In this document: in pieces, positions 27,239-37,212 of the stretch
Numbering within the stretch: position 1 is the first letter of the stretch
Layout: each line of letters opens with the position of its first letter
Virus record (IMG/VR): IMGVR_UViG_3300049001_000044
Coordinates: 62,001-126,000 of that record
Length of the DNA stretch: 64,000 nucleotides
Direction: 5' to 3' (one strand)
The notes under the pieces: model-generated
Told to the model about the DNA's origin: nothing
The model's database searches: none
Seen by the model: only the letters and a program-made list of their open reading frames with translations
Position numbers and translations under genes: made by a program

Positions 27239-27993
27239 AGTGCGTTCCTTAATTCGATAGATTGCTTGGTGCCGTTCAAAACATCCAAGCACAACATTCG
27301 GTACATGGGAACAGTGGCGTTGAGTAGGTCGTCAACTTGATGCGGACGAGTCTTGATATCCATCGCCAGCTTTCTCACCTGTTCCACTCCTAGTGCCACA
27401 AGCTGCTGTTGGGTGTAGAGGGTGTGGCACCGCCTGTTAATTGCGTCCACCTCCAGATCGTCAGTGCAGTTGGGTTTTTTCTTCTCCAGATCTGCACCGG
27501 CTTTCGCCAACTGTTCAGCAAGGTATGAGGCCTGCTGCAGCATCTTCTCCACTTCCGCAATCTTGAAAGGATTGGGACGTTTGAAGCTGCGCAAGGTTGC
27601 TTCCACTTCAGCAATCACCGTGTCGACATAGGCGTCCATGTCGACTTGCGGCTCTTGTTTGAAGAAGCGGAAGATGGATTTTGAAGATGCTTGTTCGTTG
27701 TGGCGCAAGACATCTTCCGCCATCTCATGCAATTTCTGCTGAACCTCTGCAACGATGTCCACATCGTTCTTCACCAGTGCCTCGATCAAGTCCACGTGCT
27801 CCTTGACCTTCTCACTCAGGTCACGGCGCCAGTCCATGATATTGTTGCTGTTGCTGAAAGCATTCGAAGGAGAAGTGCGAACTACAGCAGGTGCTTGTGC
27901 TTTCGGCTTCTCAAACATCTTGCTGTAATCCACTTTCTTCTCCTTCGCTTTCGCAGCAGGTTGGTTTTCAAACATCCTGCTGTAATCTTTCAT
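27235..27993 (-). CDS. helical protein, TelA-like paralog/partner
   Basis: DYSKMF N-terminal motif shared with telA; TVPMY C-terminus resembles TLPLW. Confidence 0.6.
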   Translation of the reverse strand: MKDYSRMFENQPAAKAKEKKVDYSKMFEKPKAQAPAVVRTSPSNAFSNSNNIMDWRRDLSEKVKEHVDLIEALVKNDVDIVAEVQQKLHEMAEDVLRHNEQASSKSIFRFFKQEPQVDMDAYVDTVIAEVEATLRSFKRPNPFKIAEVEKMLQQASYLAEQLAKAGADLEKKKPNCTDDLEVDAINRRCHTLYTQQQLVALGVEQVRKLAMDIKTRPHQVDDLLNATVPMYRMLCLDVLNGTKQSIELRNAL

Positions 27994-28205
27994 CGCTGCC
28001 TAAAACACTGGTAGATGAAGGTGACCATCTTCTCTTCGACCCCCTCATCGCTTAACGAATCGATGAAGGCATCCGAGATGTGGCAGAATCTGCCCTTCGG
28101 CATCTTGAAGTCGGAAGGATGCTGGGAGCCGTGAGCCATGATGGTCTCCACGTTTCGTTCCCTTGCATCCTTCACCAACTTCTTGAAGAGCTCTTTGGCT
28201 TCCAT
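27990..28205 (-). CDS. hypothetical protein
   Basis: Coupled ORF. Confidence 0.55.
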   Translation of the reverse strand: MEAKELFKKLVKDARERNVETIMAHGSQHPSDFKMPKGRFCHISDAFIDSLSDEGVEEKMVTFIYQCFRQR

Positions 28206-28885
28206 TACTCGGTTTCGAAACCGTACAGGTGGAAGAATTCAGCCAGACCGTTCTCGAATCCTTGATTAACGGCTTTGACGGACCAAACACCGTTCTTTTT
28301 ACGGAGCTCAACGAAGAGCAGGCTGGTTGCCGAGTTACCGTCAGCGGTAGTGGCGTCGTCTTCCAGGTCGTAGCTGGCAAGACACTCATCCGTTTCGTTG
28401 TTGAACACCTTGATCCAAGAGTTGTGGACTTGGCCGAAGTTCTGGCGGCGAGCATGCGCTTCGTCGATGGTCACGATGACGTGGACGACGTTGATTTCTT
28501 CCGGCAGGCGATCAGTGAAGACCGTGATGATCTCGTCGGCACCATCACCAGCACCGTCACGGCTGTCGCCGCTGTGGATCATTGCGCAGTTCGGAACAGT
28601 CGGCTTGCCTTTCTTCGGCAGACCACTATCGATGAAGGTGGTCTTGTCGTCGCTAGTGCGCAGCATCGAGTTGTAGAAGAGAACGAATTCTTCGCTGTGA
28701 CCACGGCCGAACGGATACTCGGGTTCATCTTTGTCGACAAGACCGATCGCGCTGACGTCGAGGTCGAACTTCTGACCGGTCTGGAAGACTTGCGGGCTCC
28801 AACCTAGTTCCAGCCGAACTGCGGTGATTGCCGAACCATCGGCTTTCTGCATTTTCAGCTTGCTACCTTTGGTCATTTGCAACAT
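28205..28885 (-). CDS. terD: TerD-family stress protein
   Basis: LGW..FDLD.SA..FYN..HSGD.RDG.GDG.DE.I. Confidence 0.9.
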   Translation of the reverse strand: MLQMTKGSKLKMQKADGSAITAVRLELGWSPQVFQTGQKFDLDVSAIGLVDKDEPEYPFGRGHSEEFVLFYNSMLRTSDDKTTFIDSGLPKKGKPTVPNCAMIHSGDSRDGAGDGADEIITVFTDRLPEEINVVHVIVTIDEAHARRQNFGQVHNSWIKVFNNETDECLASYDLEDDATTADGNSATSLLFVELRKKNGVWSVKAVNQGFENGLAEFFHLYGFETE

Positions 28886-28975
28886 GGTATTTCCTTTCAA
28901 GATTTACGAAGGGGAGTAATTTCCCCTTCGTTTGAAACATGAGATATTCTACTATCGATTGATGCTCTGAAAAAC

Positions 28976-30079
28976 TTAAGTCAGAGTACCTGCTTCGTAT
29001 TTTACAGGTTCACCTTTATTACGTACCTTCAGCGAGTGGATGGCGGCGATCGAGATGATTACCAGGCTGCCACCTGCGGTTACTACTTCGCCGAGTTCGA
29101 TGCCAGCGGCAGAGAGGAACATGACGGCTACGAGGAAGCCAATCGCATAGAATGCGCCGTGTTCGAGGTAAGCCAGTTCATCCAACGCTTCCTTATCGAC
29201 CATGTACAAGGTGAGGGACCGTACGAACATTGCGCCGATACCCAGGCCCAGTGCGATGATGAGGAAGTTGTTCGTGATGGCGAAAGCTGCGATCACACCG
29301 TCGAAGGAGAAGGAAGCATCCACTACTTCCAGGTAGATGAAGGCACCCAGGCCGGTTTTCGCTGCTGCATTGTCATCGCCGAGGAAGGCGCCGATACCAT
29401 CAACCAAGATGTAGGCGACCAGGCCAACCAGGCCAGCAGTGAAGAAGTGAGTGGGCTCATGCATGAAGGGAGAGACGATCAGCAGGGTGACGATGGCAAC
29501 AGCTGCTTGAATCGATTCGATCTTGCCAATGGTGACGAAGTGTTTCTCGATGAAGCCGATCCAGTGATGGTCCTTCTCAGCATCGATGAAGAACTTCAGG
29601 AAGACCATCAGAAGGAAGATGCCACCGAAGGCCATGATCTGCGTGTGAGCACTGGTGATTGCCGCTTGGTACGCTTGAGGATCGAACAACGCCATGTAGA
29701 CGGAGGTACCCTTGAACAGCTCGACCCATGCAGCTCCATTGAAGACCGCGCCGATGTGATCCCAGTTAATCACTGAGTGGGCGCCCGTTGCGATGGAGAC
29801 GATTGCAATGGGGAAGACCAGTCGCATACCGAAGACTGCAATCGCCATACCCCAGGTGAGGAAGCGATGTCGCCATTTGTCGTCCATGTCCTTGAGGACG
29901 GTGGCATTGACGATTGCGTTATCGAAGGAGACGCAGGTTTCCAGAACACCCAGCATGAAAGCTGCGAACATGTACTGCATTGCGGTGGTGATGCCGCCGT
30001 ACATGAAGCCGATACCGCCTGAGAGAGCGATCGCAGCCAGTGCGAAGGCAATGGAGCCACCAAAATATTTCTTGATCAT
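28976..30079 (-). CDS. DUF475/TerC-related integral membrane protein
   Basis: LE..SFDNA..NA, YLEV.DASFSFDGVI, YLEHGA. Confidence 0.88.
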   Translation of the reverse strand: MIKKYFGGSIAFALAAIALSGGIGFMYGGITTAMQYMFAAFMLGVLETCVSFDNAIVNATVLKDMDDKWRHRFLTWGMAIAVFGMRLVFPIAIVSIATGAHSVINWDHIGAVFNGAAWVELFKGTSVYMALFDPQAYQAAITSAHTQIMAFGGIFLLMVFLKFFIDAEKDHHWIGFIEKHFVTIGKIESIQAAVAIVTLLIVSPFMHEPTHFFTAGLVGLVAYILVDGIGAFLGDDNAAAKTGLGAFIYLEVVDASFSFDGVIAAFAITNNFLIIALGLGIGAMFVRSLTLYMVDKEALDELAYLEHGAFYAIGFLVAVMFLSAAGIELGEVVTAGGSLVIISIAAIHSLKVRNKGEPVKYEAGTLT

Positions 30080-30097
30080 CTTGTTCTTTCTTTGAAG

Positions 30098-30805
30098 TTA
30101 AACAGCGGGTTGACGGGCGATCAGCCAGTCGCAGATTTCTTTCTGCAGGATTTGTTCGTACATCTCATCATCGCTGATTTTCAGATCATCGAAGTGGACG
30201 AAGCCAACGTTGTCGTACAGATCAGCAGCTTCTTGCATCAAGCCAAAGTCACGGACATTGCCAACGCCGATCAGCATGAAGTAGTCGTTTGGCGAACTCT
30301 GCACCAGCCGCTTGAACTCTGCGTGGTCACCCATGTCTTGGCCATCGCTGACGAAGAAGTGGACGTTCGGGTAGACTACTTCTTTCTTCGAGAACATCTT
30401 CGTGAAGAAGCCTTTCGCCTTGGCGACCGGGTTGGCTGCGAGTGCAGTGCTGACCGCCTTGGCGTAGTTGGTACCACCGCGCCAGGTGCCGGCTTGGGTT
30501 GCTTCAGGAATGAAGCGTGCCTGAATGTAGGTGTAGATTTCCGGCTCGGTGACATCGCCGTGTTTGTGAGCTTTGTCGCTGAAGGAAGTCACTTCCAGCA
30601 GACCATCTGCGTCGAGGCGGAGAGCCACGGCCATCAGACGTTCAGTCAGCTCTTGCATATCGCTGCGAGGACCATGATAGAAGGGCATTGCCGATCCGCT
30701 GACGTCAAGCAGGAATTTGATCTGTGCCTTCAGATTATCGGGCACGTTGTGCTTCTTCAGTTGCAAAGCAACCTTACCGACTCGTTTACTCATCTCAAGT
30801 GCCAT
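30098..30805 (-). CDS. vWA domain protein (TerF C-terminal type)
   Basis: LLDVSGS, GGTNYA, FVSDG, DNVGF. Confidence 0.8.
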   Translation of the reverse strand: MALEMSKRVGKVALQLKKHNVPDNLKAQIKFLLDVSGSAMPFYHGPRSDMQELTERLMAVALRLDADGLLEVTSFSDKAHKHGDVTEPEIYTYIQARFIPEATQAGTWRGGTNYAKAVSTALAANPVAKAKGFFTKMFSKKEVVYPNVHFFVSDGQDMGDHAEFKRLVQSSPNDYFMLIGVGNVRDFGLMQEAADLYDNVGFVHFDDLKISDDEMYEQILQKEICDWLIARQPAV

Positions 30806-30860
30806 CTAAAAATTCTCCATGAAGGAGTGGTTGTTAAAAAGTTTGTGAGGCTATTGTATG

Positions 30861-31223
30861 CTACTGCTCGATGCTGAAAAACTCATCTTTCTTGCCACCG
30901 CTCAAGATGCTGATGAGGCTATCGATAATACGCAGTCGATAGGCTTGGATTTCCACCTCTGACAGATCGTATGCGACCGCCTCGCCCAGCTTGTCGTAGA
31001 GAAAGGTCATCGCGGTGTTGCTATGACCATTGATATGATCGCCGATCATATCGTGAAGAACTTCTGGGACCAGGCCTTCGTCATTGCTAAGGGGCTGATT
31101 ATTCATGATTGCAACTGTGCGCGCGATTGCAAAGCACACATAGCGAGTCGTTTTACGATCATGCACATCCTCACCATTCCACAGGTGCTCTTTGGATTTC
31201 TCCAGAATTTCAATCAGGTCCAT
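30861..31223 (-). CDS. hypothetical protein
   Basis: ORF. Confidence 0.6.
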   Translation of the reverse strand: MDLIEILEKSKEHLWNGEDVHDRKTTRYVCFAIARTVAIMNNQPLSNDEGLVPEVLHDMIGDHINGHSNTAMTFLYDKLGEAVAYDLSEVEIQAYRLRIIDSLISILSGGKKDEFFSIEQ

Positions 31224-31226
31224 TTC

Positions 31227-31667
31227 TTATCCCTGGTAAACTTGGGTAACAGTCGCACCAGCAGCCACGCCGCCAGTAACAACGTTGGTGTTGGAAGTGG
31301 GAGCTTCTTTCAGTTCGCGGGAGATCAGGTGAGCGAAGCGCTCGAAGAAGACGGCCTTCTGCGAGGAGGCCAGCATCGCGTTCACGTCGACTATGCCGTT
31401 GTGCTTGGGGTCCATCATGTCGTACTCGACGAAGTTGGCGTGTTCCTTGGCAATGTCCACGATCTGTCCCATGCCCAATTGCATGGAGTCGTAGTTGACG
31501 TGGCTGAGTGCTTCGCAGATAGCCAGGGAGAAGAGGATGTATTCGTGCTGTTGCGATTGCACGATGTGGTTGTCGCCGCCAAACGGCATGTCGTTCTTGT
31601 GACCTGCTTTAACAGCCAGGGCGAGCATGCGGATTGCCGGGATAGTGCGGAAGGTAGTGGTAGTCAT
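31227..31667 (-). CDS. hypothetical protein
   Basis: AAGGAG RBS; promoter 31704-31735. Confidence 0.7.
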   Translation of the reverse strand: MTTTTFRTIPAIRMLALAVKAGHKNDMPFGGDNHIVQSQQHEYILFSLAICEALSHVNYDSMQLGMGQIVDIAKEHANFVEYDMMDPKHNGIVDVNAMLASSQKAVFFERFAHLISRELKEAPTSNTNVVTGGVAAGATVTQVYQG

Positions 31668-31806
31668 CGTTTACTCCTTAGAGTTTGTTCATCAAGTAAG
31701 GCTATAGTATACAGGACTTGATGCTACAAAAACTGAAGTAACAAATTTTTCACGCAACAAAAGGGAGCCTTTCGGCTCCCTCCAGAAGAATCTTGAAATT
31801 CTCTGC

Positions 31807-32421
31807 TTACTGGATTTCTTCGACCTCGAAATCGCGGAAGCCGCCGCCATCATCCGCGTACTGACCCCAGATGCAGTTGCCGATCATACTGTCGCAGACG
31901 TAGTGGAGCAGTGCGCTCTTGTCATCTGCGACCGCAGGACCGGTATCACCATGGTCAACAGGGCCGTCAGTGGTAATGATCGCGGTGATTGTGTACGGCA
32001 TGTTCGAGCCATGGCCATGATCCATTGCATCAGCATAGGTCTCGATGCTGATTTCATCTTCCTCATCTTCCTCATCTTCATCGTCACCATATCCACCACC
32101 GCTGATATCTGCTTCGGATTCCACATTGTTCATAAACTCATGGATTCCGAATTCGACGGATTCAATTTCAATGTCCAACACCTTGACGCCCATGCCCTCC
32201 TTTTCGAGGTCCTCGACGTAGTGCGGGTTCTTGAGCAGACTCATTACCTCGTCTTGCAGGTCCTTGCATTGGCTTCCCTTGAATTCGATGTCGTGGTCAG
32301 TACCATCAGGGATATCGAAGTAGTGGGGCGTGTTGTAGGCATTTGCATTCAGCTCAAAAGTAATCTTGTACTTGTGAGGCTTTGCCTGGTTCATGTTATT
32401 CAGTTCTTGCAAGAGTTTCAT
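31807..32421 (-). CDS. acidic protein, putative head-packaged (MKLLQELN)
   Basis: GGAG RBS; DEEDEEDE tract. Confidence 0.65.
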   Translation of the reverse strand: MKLLQELNNMNQAKPHKYKITFELNANAYNTPHYFDIPDGTDHDIEFKGSQCKDLQDEVMSLLKNPHYVEDLEKEGMGVKVLDIEIESVEFGIHEFMNNVESEADISGGGYGDDEDEEDEEDEISIETYADAMDHGHGSNMPYTITAIITTDGPVDHGDTGPAVADDKSALLHYVCDSMIGNCIWGQYADDGGGFRDFEVEEIQ

Positions 32422-32553
32422 ATTTTCTCCAGGAAAATGGTTTATCAAAGTATGTATTATTTTACATCGCAGGAGGTGTCCTGTACACTCGATGTATGCA
32501 TTTGCAACAAAGGGCCCAGATCATCTCTGAGCCCCTCTAGGAGGTCCTGAAGG

Positions 32554-33126
32554 TTATTGGCAGAACACTCCGTACAGGCTGTTAAACTCCATCAGCACTT
32601 TGCCGGGTTGATCGCTCATGGTGTACTTCGAGATCAGGATGTTGTACTCGTCGCCTTTCTTCAAGGCGTAGGCGTTGTTGCAGTGTTTGGAGACGTAGAT
32701 ATTGTTGTACACCTGATGGGTTTGCACGTCCTCCAAGTTCACATAGAAGTGCTTTGGCGGATTCCAACCTACCAACTCATAGCGACGCAGTTCAGTGCCT
32801 ACCTCAATGCGGACAGGTTTGACAGACGCCTTTTCCTCGATGTCAACCTGGTACGTATAGGCGCCCCAACCCTGCATGAACTTGTTGCGAGCGTCCATGG
32901 TGACTGAGCCATTGCACATCCAATCCCAGTAGGGGATGGAGATGAAGAGAGCAACGCATCCCCATATGATGAGACTGTTGCGTTCGGTCCTTTCACTGTC
33001 GTAGTCGGGTATTGCCCAGGACATCAGGCCCAAAATGAAGAAGATGCCGAACATGAAGAACAACACGACACCGGTAAAGACCTTCCATAGCAGGAAGCTA
33101 ACGACGAGAGCAAGTACACTAAACAT
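32554..33126 (-). CDS. membrane protein
   Basis: Three hydrophobic N-terminal segments. Confidence 0.65.
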   Translation of the reverse strand: MFSVLALVVSFLLWKVFTGVVLFFMFGIFFILGLMSWAIPDYDSERTERNSLIIWGCVALFISIPYWDWMCNGSVTMDARNKFMQGWGAYTYQVDIEEKASVKPVRIEVGTELRRYELVGWNPPKHFYVNLEDVQTHQVYNNIYVSKHCNNAYALKKGDEYNILISKYTMSDQPGKVLMEFNSLYGVFCQ

Positions 33127-33184
33127 TTCTATCCTCGAAAAGAAAAAGGGAGTCCGAAGACTCCCAAACATCAGGTGTTGATTA

Positions 33185-33772
33185 TTAACGCAGTTTCAGC
33201 GGGCCATCTTCCTTGCCGGCTTTGTACACGTTCTCGGTGCGGTCGGTGGTGATCGGCTTGAACTTGTTCATGTCGACTTTCGGGTAGCCAGCGATGCGCA
33301 GCCAGAAACCTTGCCACAGGCTACCCTGAGCGGTCTTGTAGCTGCGAGTGACGTCGATCATCTTGGTCTGGTTCACTTCGAACTTGGCACGGAAAGCCTT
33401 GATGGTCGGTTGGATTTCCTTGTACATCTCCACCGCGCCGCCGTCCATCTTGATGTCGTGCTCGTTCATGAAGACGCTCACCGCCTTCAGACCATCCTTG
33501 CCGTAGCGGCCTTGAATGTCGGCCTCGACGATCTTCTTGAAGTCTTCAGCGTACATCGCCGGCACTTGGGCAATTTCCAGAACGGTCTGGGTGCCTTGTG
33601 CGTAAATGTTCTTGTTGTTATCGTAGATGGCTTCCAGCTCGTTGTCCATCTTGTTGCCGTAATCATACGCTGACTTGTACGACATGAATGCAGCGAGAGC
33701 GATACCACCCAGGAGAACCACGATCGCGATCAGCGCTACCATCGCATTGCCAGCTTGGTGTTTCAGTTTCAT
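33185..33772 (-). CDS. LemA-like membrane-anchored protein
   Basis: Single N-terminal TM plus helical domain. Confidence 0.55.
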   Translation of the reverse strand: MKLKHQAGNAMVALIAIVVLLGGIALAAFMSYKSAYDYGNKMDNELEAIYDNNKNIYAQGTQTVLEIAQVPAMYAEDFKKIVEADIQGRYGKDGLKAVSVFMNEHDIKMDGGAVEMYKEIQPTIKAFRAKFEVNQTKMIDVTRSYKTAQGSLWQGFWLRIAGYPKVDMNKFKPITTDRTENVYKAGKEDGPLKLR

Positions 33773-33799
33773 CTTGAACCTTTCAAAGTTTGGGGTTAA

Positions 33800-34945
33800 T
33801 CAACGAAAGCGTCGATTACGATTGGAATTATAACGTGCTGTTTGAGCACCAAAAACTTCAAGTCGCCATGCCCAGAAGCCAAAGTACGCGAGGACAATCA
33901 GCACACCCACAGTCACATTGACCCAGGTCGGAGGATCGATCTCAGCATCAAGGTAGGCGAACTCCTTCATGCGCTTCCGTTGGTGGTACTGCAGCGTGTC
34001 CTTCTCAATCACACTGATGGCAGAGTCAGCTGTCAACTCTTCCATCTCCATCAGGTGATCTTGCAGCTTCACCTTGAACATCTCGTTGTTCGTGAGGGTG
34101 AGGATGTGGACGAAGTCTGGTTTCGATGGGAACTTGGTCGCACCAATTACCACGATCACGTCATTCTTCTTGCCGTTTAACCATGCATCTTGAAGGGCGA
34201 AGCCGTAGGTTGGATCAGCTGTGTTGACCAAGACCACTACCACGTTCGCTTGTTTTGCTGGTCCCAACTTCTTCAGGGATTCGCTCAGCTTGTCGTTCCA
34301 TTCTCGGAGGTTTGGAACTTTCACGCCCACTGCCAGTACTCGATCCACCTTCCAGCGGTTGTAGATGTCAAGTGGATATTCAGGGATCATGTTCTTGAAC
34401 TGCTCCCTCACACTGCCATCAACAGGGTGGAAGAGAGACTCAGGCACCGCCTTGATGTAGTTCGTGTATTGGTTTGTCACCGCACATGGGTCGCCTTTTC
34501 GCACATTCGTGTATTCTCGGGGGTCTGGCGTTCTATACACGTCATCGTCCGTCTCGTCCAAATGCTTCAAGGTGAAGTGACCCACATTCGCATGCGCTTT
34601 CCAAGTTACCGTGAAGTGGTCACGGTAACAGGTCTGACATGAAGTCGTGGTGTTGCCCTTCGAATCCCTTGACGTGGTGCAATTGCATTGGTAGGACTCG
34701 ACGTAGGAACCGTGCAGACGTTCCTTACTGACAATCTCACCATTCCAAATCTCCGTGTCCGACGTCTTGCTTCCTTTGGCAATGAAGAAAGCCGCCGAAA
34801 TGATGAGAGCTGAGATGAGGAACCCGCCAACAGTGAAGAGAGCGATTTCCTTCGCATCTGCTTTCTTCTTCATGAGTACGAAGACCGTAATCACCGACAT
34901 GAAGAGCGGGATAAGCAGCAACCAGAAGAGGGTAGAGTTAACCAT
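33800..34945 (-). CDS. membrane protein with Cys-rich segment and TPM-like periplasmic domain
   Basis: TM helices; CNC..CQTC; W.NGKKNDVIVVIG. Confidence 0.6.
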   Translation of the reverse strand: MVNSTLFWLLLIPLFMSVITVFVLMKKKADAKEIALFTVGGFLISALIISAAFFIAKGSKTSDTEIWNGEIVSKERLHGSYVESYQCNCTTSRDSKGNTTTSCQTCYRDHFTVTWKAHANVGHFTLKHLDETDDDVYRTPDPREYTNVRKGDPCAVTNQYTNYIKAVPESLFHPVDGSVREQFKNMIPEYPLDIYNRWKVDRVLAVGVKVPNLREWNDKLSESLKKLGPAKQANVVVVLVNTADPTYGFALQDAWLNGKKNDVIVVIGATKFPSKPDFVHILTLTNNEMFKVKLQDHLMEMEELTADSAISVIEKDTLQYHQRKRMKEFAYLDAEIDPPTWVNVTVGVLIVLAYFGFWAWRLEVFGAQTARYNSNRNRRFR

Positions 34946-35129
34946 GACAATCCTTGTTATCCATGAAGTAATCGCAAGTCATAACAGCGCCGGAATCCTC
35001 AAGCTGAATCATGTAGCATGGTGGGTGCGCGAAGTAGGCCTGGCGATACTCGTTTGCGGGCGCAGTGTAGCGATAGCATTTCGCCTTCAAGCTGCATTCT
35101 GTCCCGTGACATTTGGAGATGTCGGCCAT
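34938..35129 (-). CDS. small Cys-rich protein
   Basis: MADISKC...C...CYRY. Confidence 0.65.
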   Translation of the reverse strand: MADISKCHGTECSLKAKCYRYTAPANEYRQAYFAHPPCYMIQLEDSGAVMTCDYFMDNKDCHG

Positions 35130-35404
35130 TATTTCGTCATCGCCTCGAGGGCGTGCATGATGTTGTTCTGGGCATCATTGATGCGGCGGTCAGTGCGCTT
35201 GGTCCACGAGCTGTCGTTAGCATCCAAGGCCGACAGCAGATTCTCGTTTGCGTGGCGCAGTTCGCGGCACACGATGGACTTGAGTTGCGTGGTGTCCGTG
35301 CCTCCGATCTTTTGAGCCATCGCCAGGGCCAGCTTCGCCTTCTCGTTGCCTTCAGCTGCCAGTTCCTGCAGGGTTACACGGTAAATGTCTTCAGCGCTTG
35401 CCAT
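35129..35404 (-). CDS. hypothetical protein (paralog of 61538-61801)
   Basis: LQELAAEGNEKAKL motif. Confidence 0.7.
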   Translation of the reverse strand: MASAEDIYRVTLQELAAEGNEKAKLALAMAQKIGGTDTTQLKSIVCRELRHANENLLSALDANDSSWTKRTDRRINDAQNNIMHALEAMTK

Positions 35405-35507
35405 ACTTCTCTCCATAGTAAAAGAGGTCGATAGTCCGAAGAACTATCGACCTCGCGTTCATCGTGATAGAGACATTCTACTTTGAATGTACACTCACAA
35501 AAACTGC

Positions 35508-35774
35508 TTACTTCGCAGTGGCAGTAGTCTTACGACGATGTGGACGGAATGGCTCAGACACATTCACTGGGGACTTTGCCAGATCCACCTGAATTTCCAC
35601 CAGGGTTTCTTCAGGTCGCAGCTTGATGTCGTACTTATTGGTAAACTTTTTCGCTTCCAGTGGATCAACGACGAAGTTTGCTTTCCCTTGTCCAGCATCG
35701 AAGCCAGCGAAGAAGGTGCCATCAGCGGTTTTGACAGCGTACAGGGACACGACGGTATTTTGGTTTTGCATCAT
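35508..35774 (-). CDS. hypothetical protein
   Basis: GGAG RBS. Confidence 0.65.
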   Translation of the reverse strand: MMQNQNTVVSLYAVKTADGTFFAGFDAGQGKANFVVDPLEAKKFTNKYDIKLRPEETLVEIQVDLAKSPVNVSEPFRPHRRKTTATAK

Positions 35775-36009
35775 AACTCCAAATGAGATTTTTATAGGAT
35801 AGCTCGCTTCGTGCGAGTCTTCTAAAGGAAGGTTGGGCAACAAGTTGTGGTGTGTTGCTGTAAGAGAATTATACGTCTTCCAACGTTACAATGTAACTGA
35901 AGTGGTCCTGCAGTTAACAGATACGGAACAATGTAACGTACTACGGACAAAAAGAAGGGTAGCCTAGGCTACCCTTAAAGGACCTTTCGGTCTTTGGAGG
36001 CACAACAAG

Positions 36010-36399
36010 TTACACAGGTTTCAGGCCAGCCGGCCCAAAGAATTCCATTTTGAAGACGACACCATCTTTCGTCATCTTCAGCAACTGCCGAGGATAGACA
36101 AGCTCGATGTTCCTTGCTTCATTCTTCGTCAGCTCGGTGATTTGACAGTAGCCCAGACCTTTCGTCTGTCTCACCCACCGCTTCTGCGTGGTAAGTACTG
36201 CCTTCAACCCACCATAAAGCTCTGCCCACTTAATGTCGGGCTGCCAAATGACTTCATTGTCGCGGAGTAGTTTCCCATCCTTGACTTCGAAGAAGGCTTC
36301 ATGCTTGTGATTGAGAACGTTGCTCACGTGCTCCAGATCGAAGCCCTCATCGAGGAGGAATTTGGCGATGCGCGCGTCTTGCGGCTTAGTACGACTCAT
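36010..36399 (-). CDS. hypothetical protein
   Basis: ORF. Confidence 0.6.
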   Translation of the reverse strand: MSRTKPQDARIAKFLLDEGFDLEHVSNVLNHKHEAFFEVKDGKLLRDNEVIWQPDIKWAELYGGLKAVLTTQKRWVRQTKGLGYCQITELTKNEARNIELVYPRQLLKMTKDGVVFKMEFFGPAGLKPV

Positions 36400-36622
36400 C
36401 TAACGCCTCGACGATTTCTTCGTCAGTGAGAGTTGGGAAATCAACCACTTGCTTGCAATCCAAACAGATCGTCAGATCCAAGTAGTCACCTCGGCCAATG
36501 CCCAAACCACTGGGCACATAGCCATTGTGGTCTATGTCGTCACCTTCTGCAGGGACGAATGTTACGCCACACATATCGCTTACCTTGCCGCCCACCTCGA
36601 GACGACGGTTATGTTCACACAT
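36386..36622 (-). CDS. hypothetical protein (GYVP..G..DY....CLDC family; related to 52871-53356)
   Basis: Motif shared with 52871-53356. Confidence 0.6.
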   Translation of the reverse strand: MCEHNRRLEVGGKVSDMCGVTFVPAEGDDIDHNGYVPSGLGIGRGDYLDLTICLDCKQVVDFPTLTDEEIVEALDESY

Positions 36623-36629
36623 TCAAACC

Positions 36630-36791
36630 TCACTGAAACGGGAAGAAGATGCTGTCCACGATTAGGTAAAAGACGGTGACTAAGATCGCTTGAACCAACA
36701 CCAAGTCCCAGTCCTTCTTCAAATCCACTGTGAAAGAACGAAAACCGACAAAGGTCAAAAAACAAATGATTGCACCGAATAAAGTACCCAT
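36630..36791 (-). CDS. small two-TM membrane protein (53 aa)
   Basis: AGGAG RBS; MGTLFGAIICFLTFVG... Confidence 0.55.
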   Translation of the reverse strand: MGTLFGAIICFLTFVGFRSFTVDLKKDWDLVLVQAILVTVFYLIVDSIFFPFQ

Positions 36792-36819
36792 CTAACAGCT
36801 CCTAGTTGATTAGGCTATT

Positions 36820-37212
36820 TTAGCTTGCGTGCGGCACTTTAAAAACTGCATCATCCTGGCCGGGTATGAAGCACGTTCGGAACCTAAGGGCCTTCTCATA
36901 CAGGACGTATGCGAATACCCCGCTCTCGAGATAGATCCTACCGTGCTTCGCGTCCTCGCTCACATTGGCGTCAAAGAGTAGTTGGCAGTAGTGTTGGTCA
37001 ATCCAGTCCTCGACCTCCTTGAGGAATGGAATCCCGCCAGTGCCAAATCGCTCGATAAATCTTTGAACGAAATGCTCTTCGACGAACATCTTCAGGCGAA
37101 TCTTTTCATCAGGGCACCACACCTTGTTCTTCTCATGGAAGCGGGCCCTGAACGGATTGACGACTTTTAGGTCAAGCACAGTAGTTCTCCAATATGACAT
37201 CGACCTCTTCAT
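36820..37212 (-). CDS. hypothetical protein
   Basis: ORF; HF.QRF.ER motif. Confidence 0.55.
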   Translation of the reverse strand: MKRSMSYWRTTVLDLKVVNPFRARFHEKNKVWCPDEKIRLKMFVEEHFVQRFIERFGTGGIPFLKEVEDWIDQHYCQLLFDANVSEDAKHGRIYLESGVFAYVLYEKALRFRTCFIPGQDDAVFKVPHAS

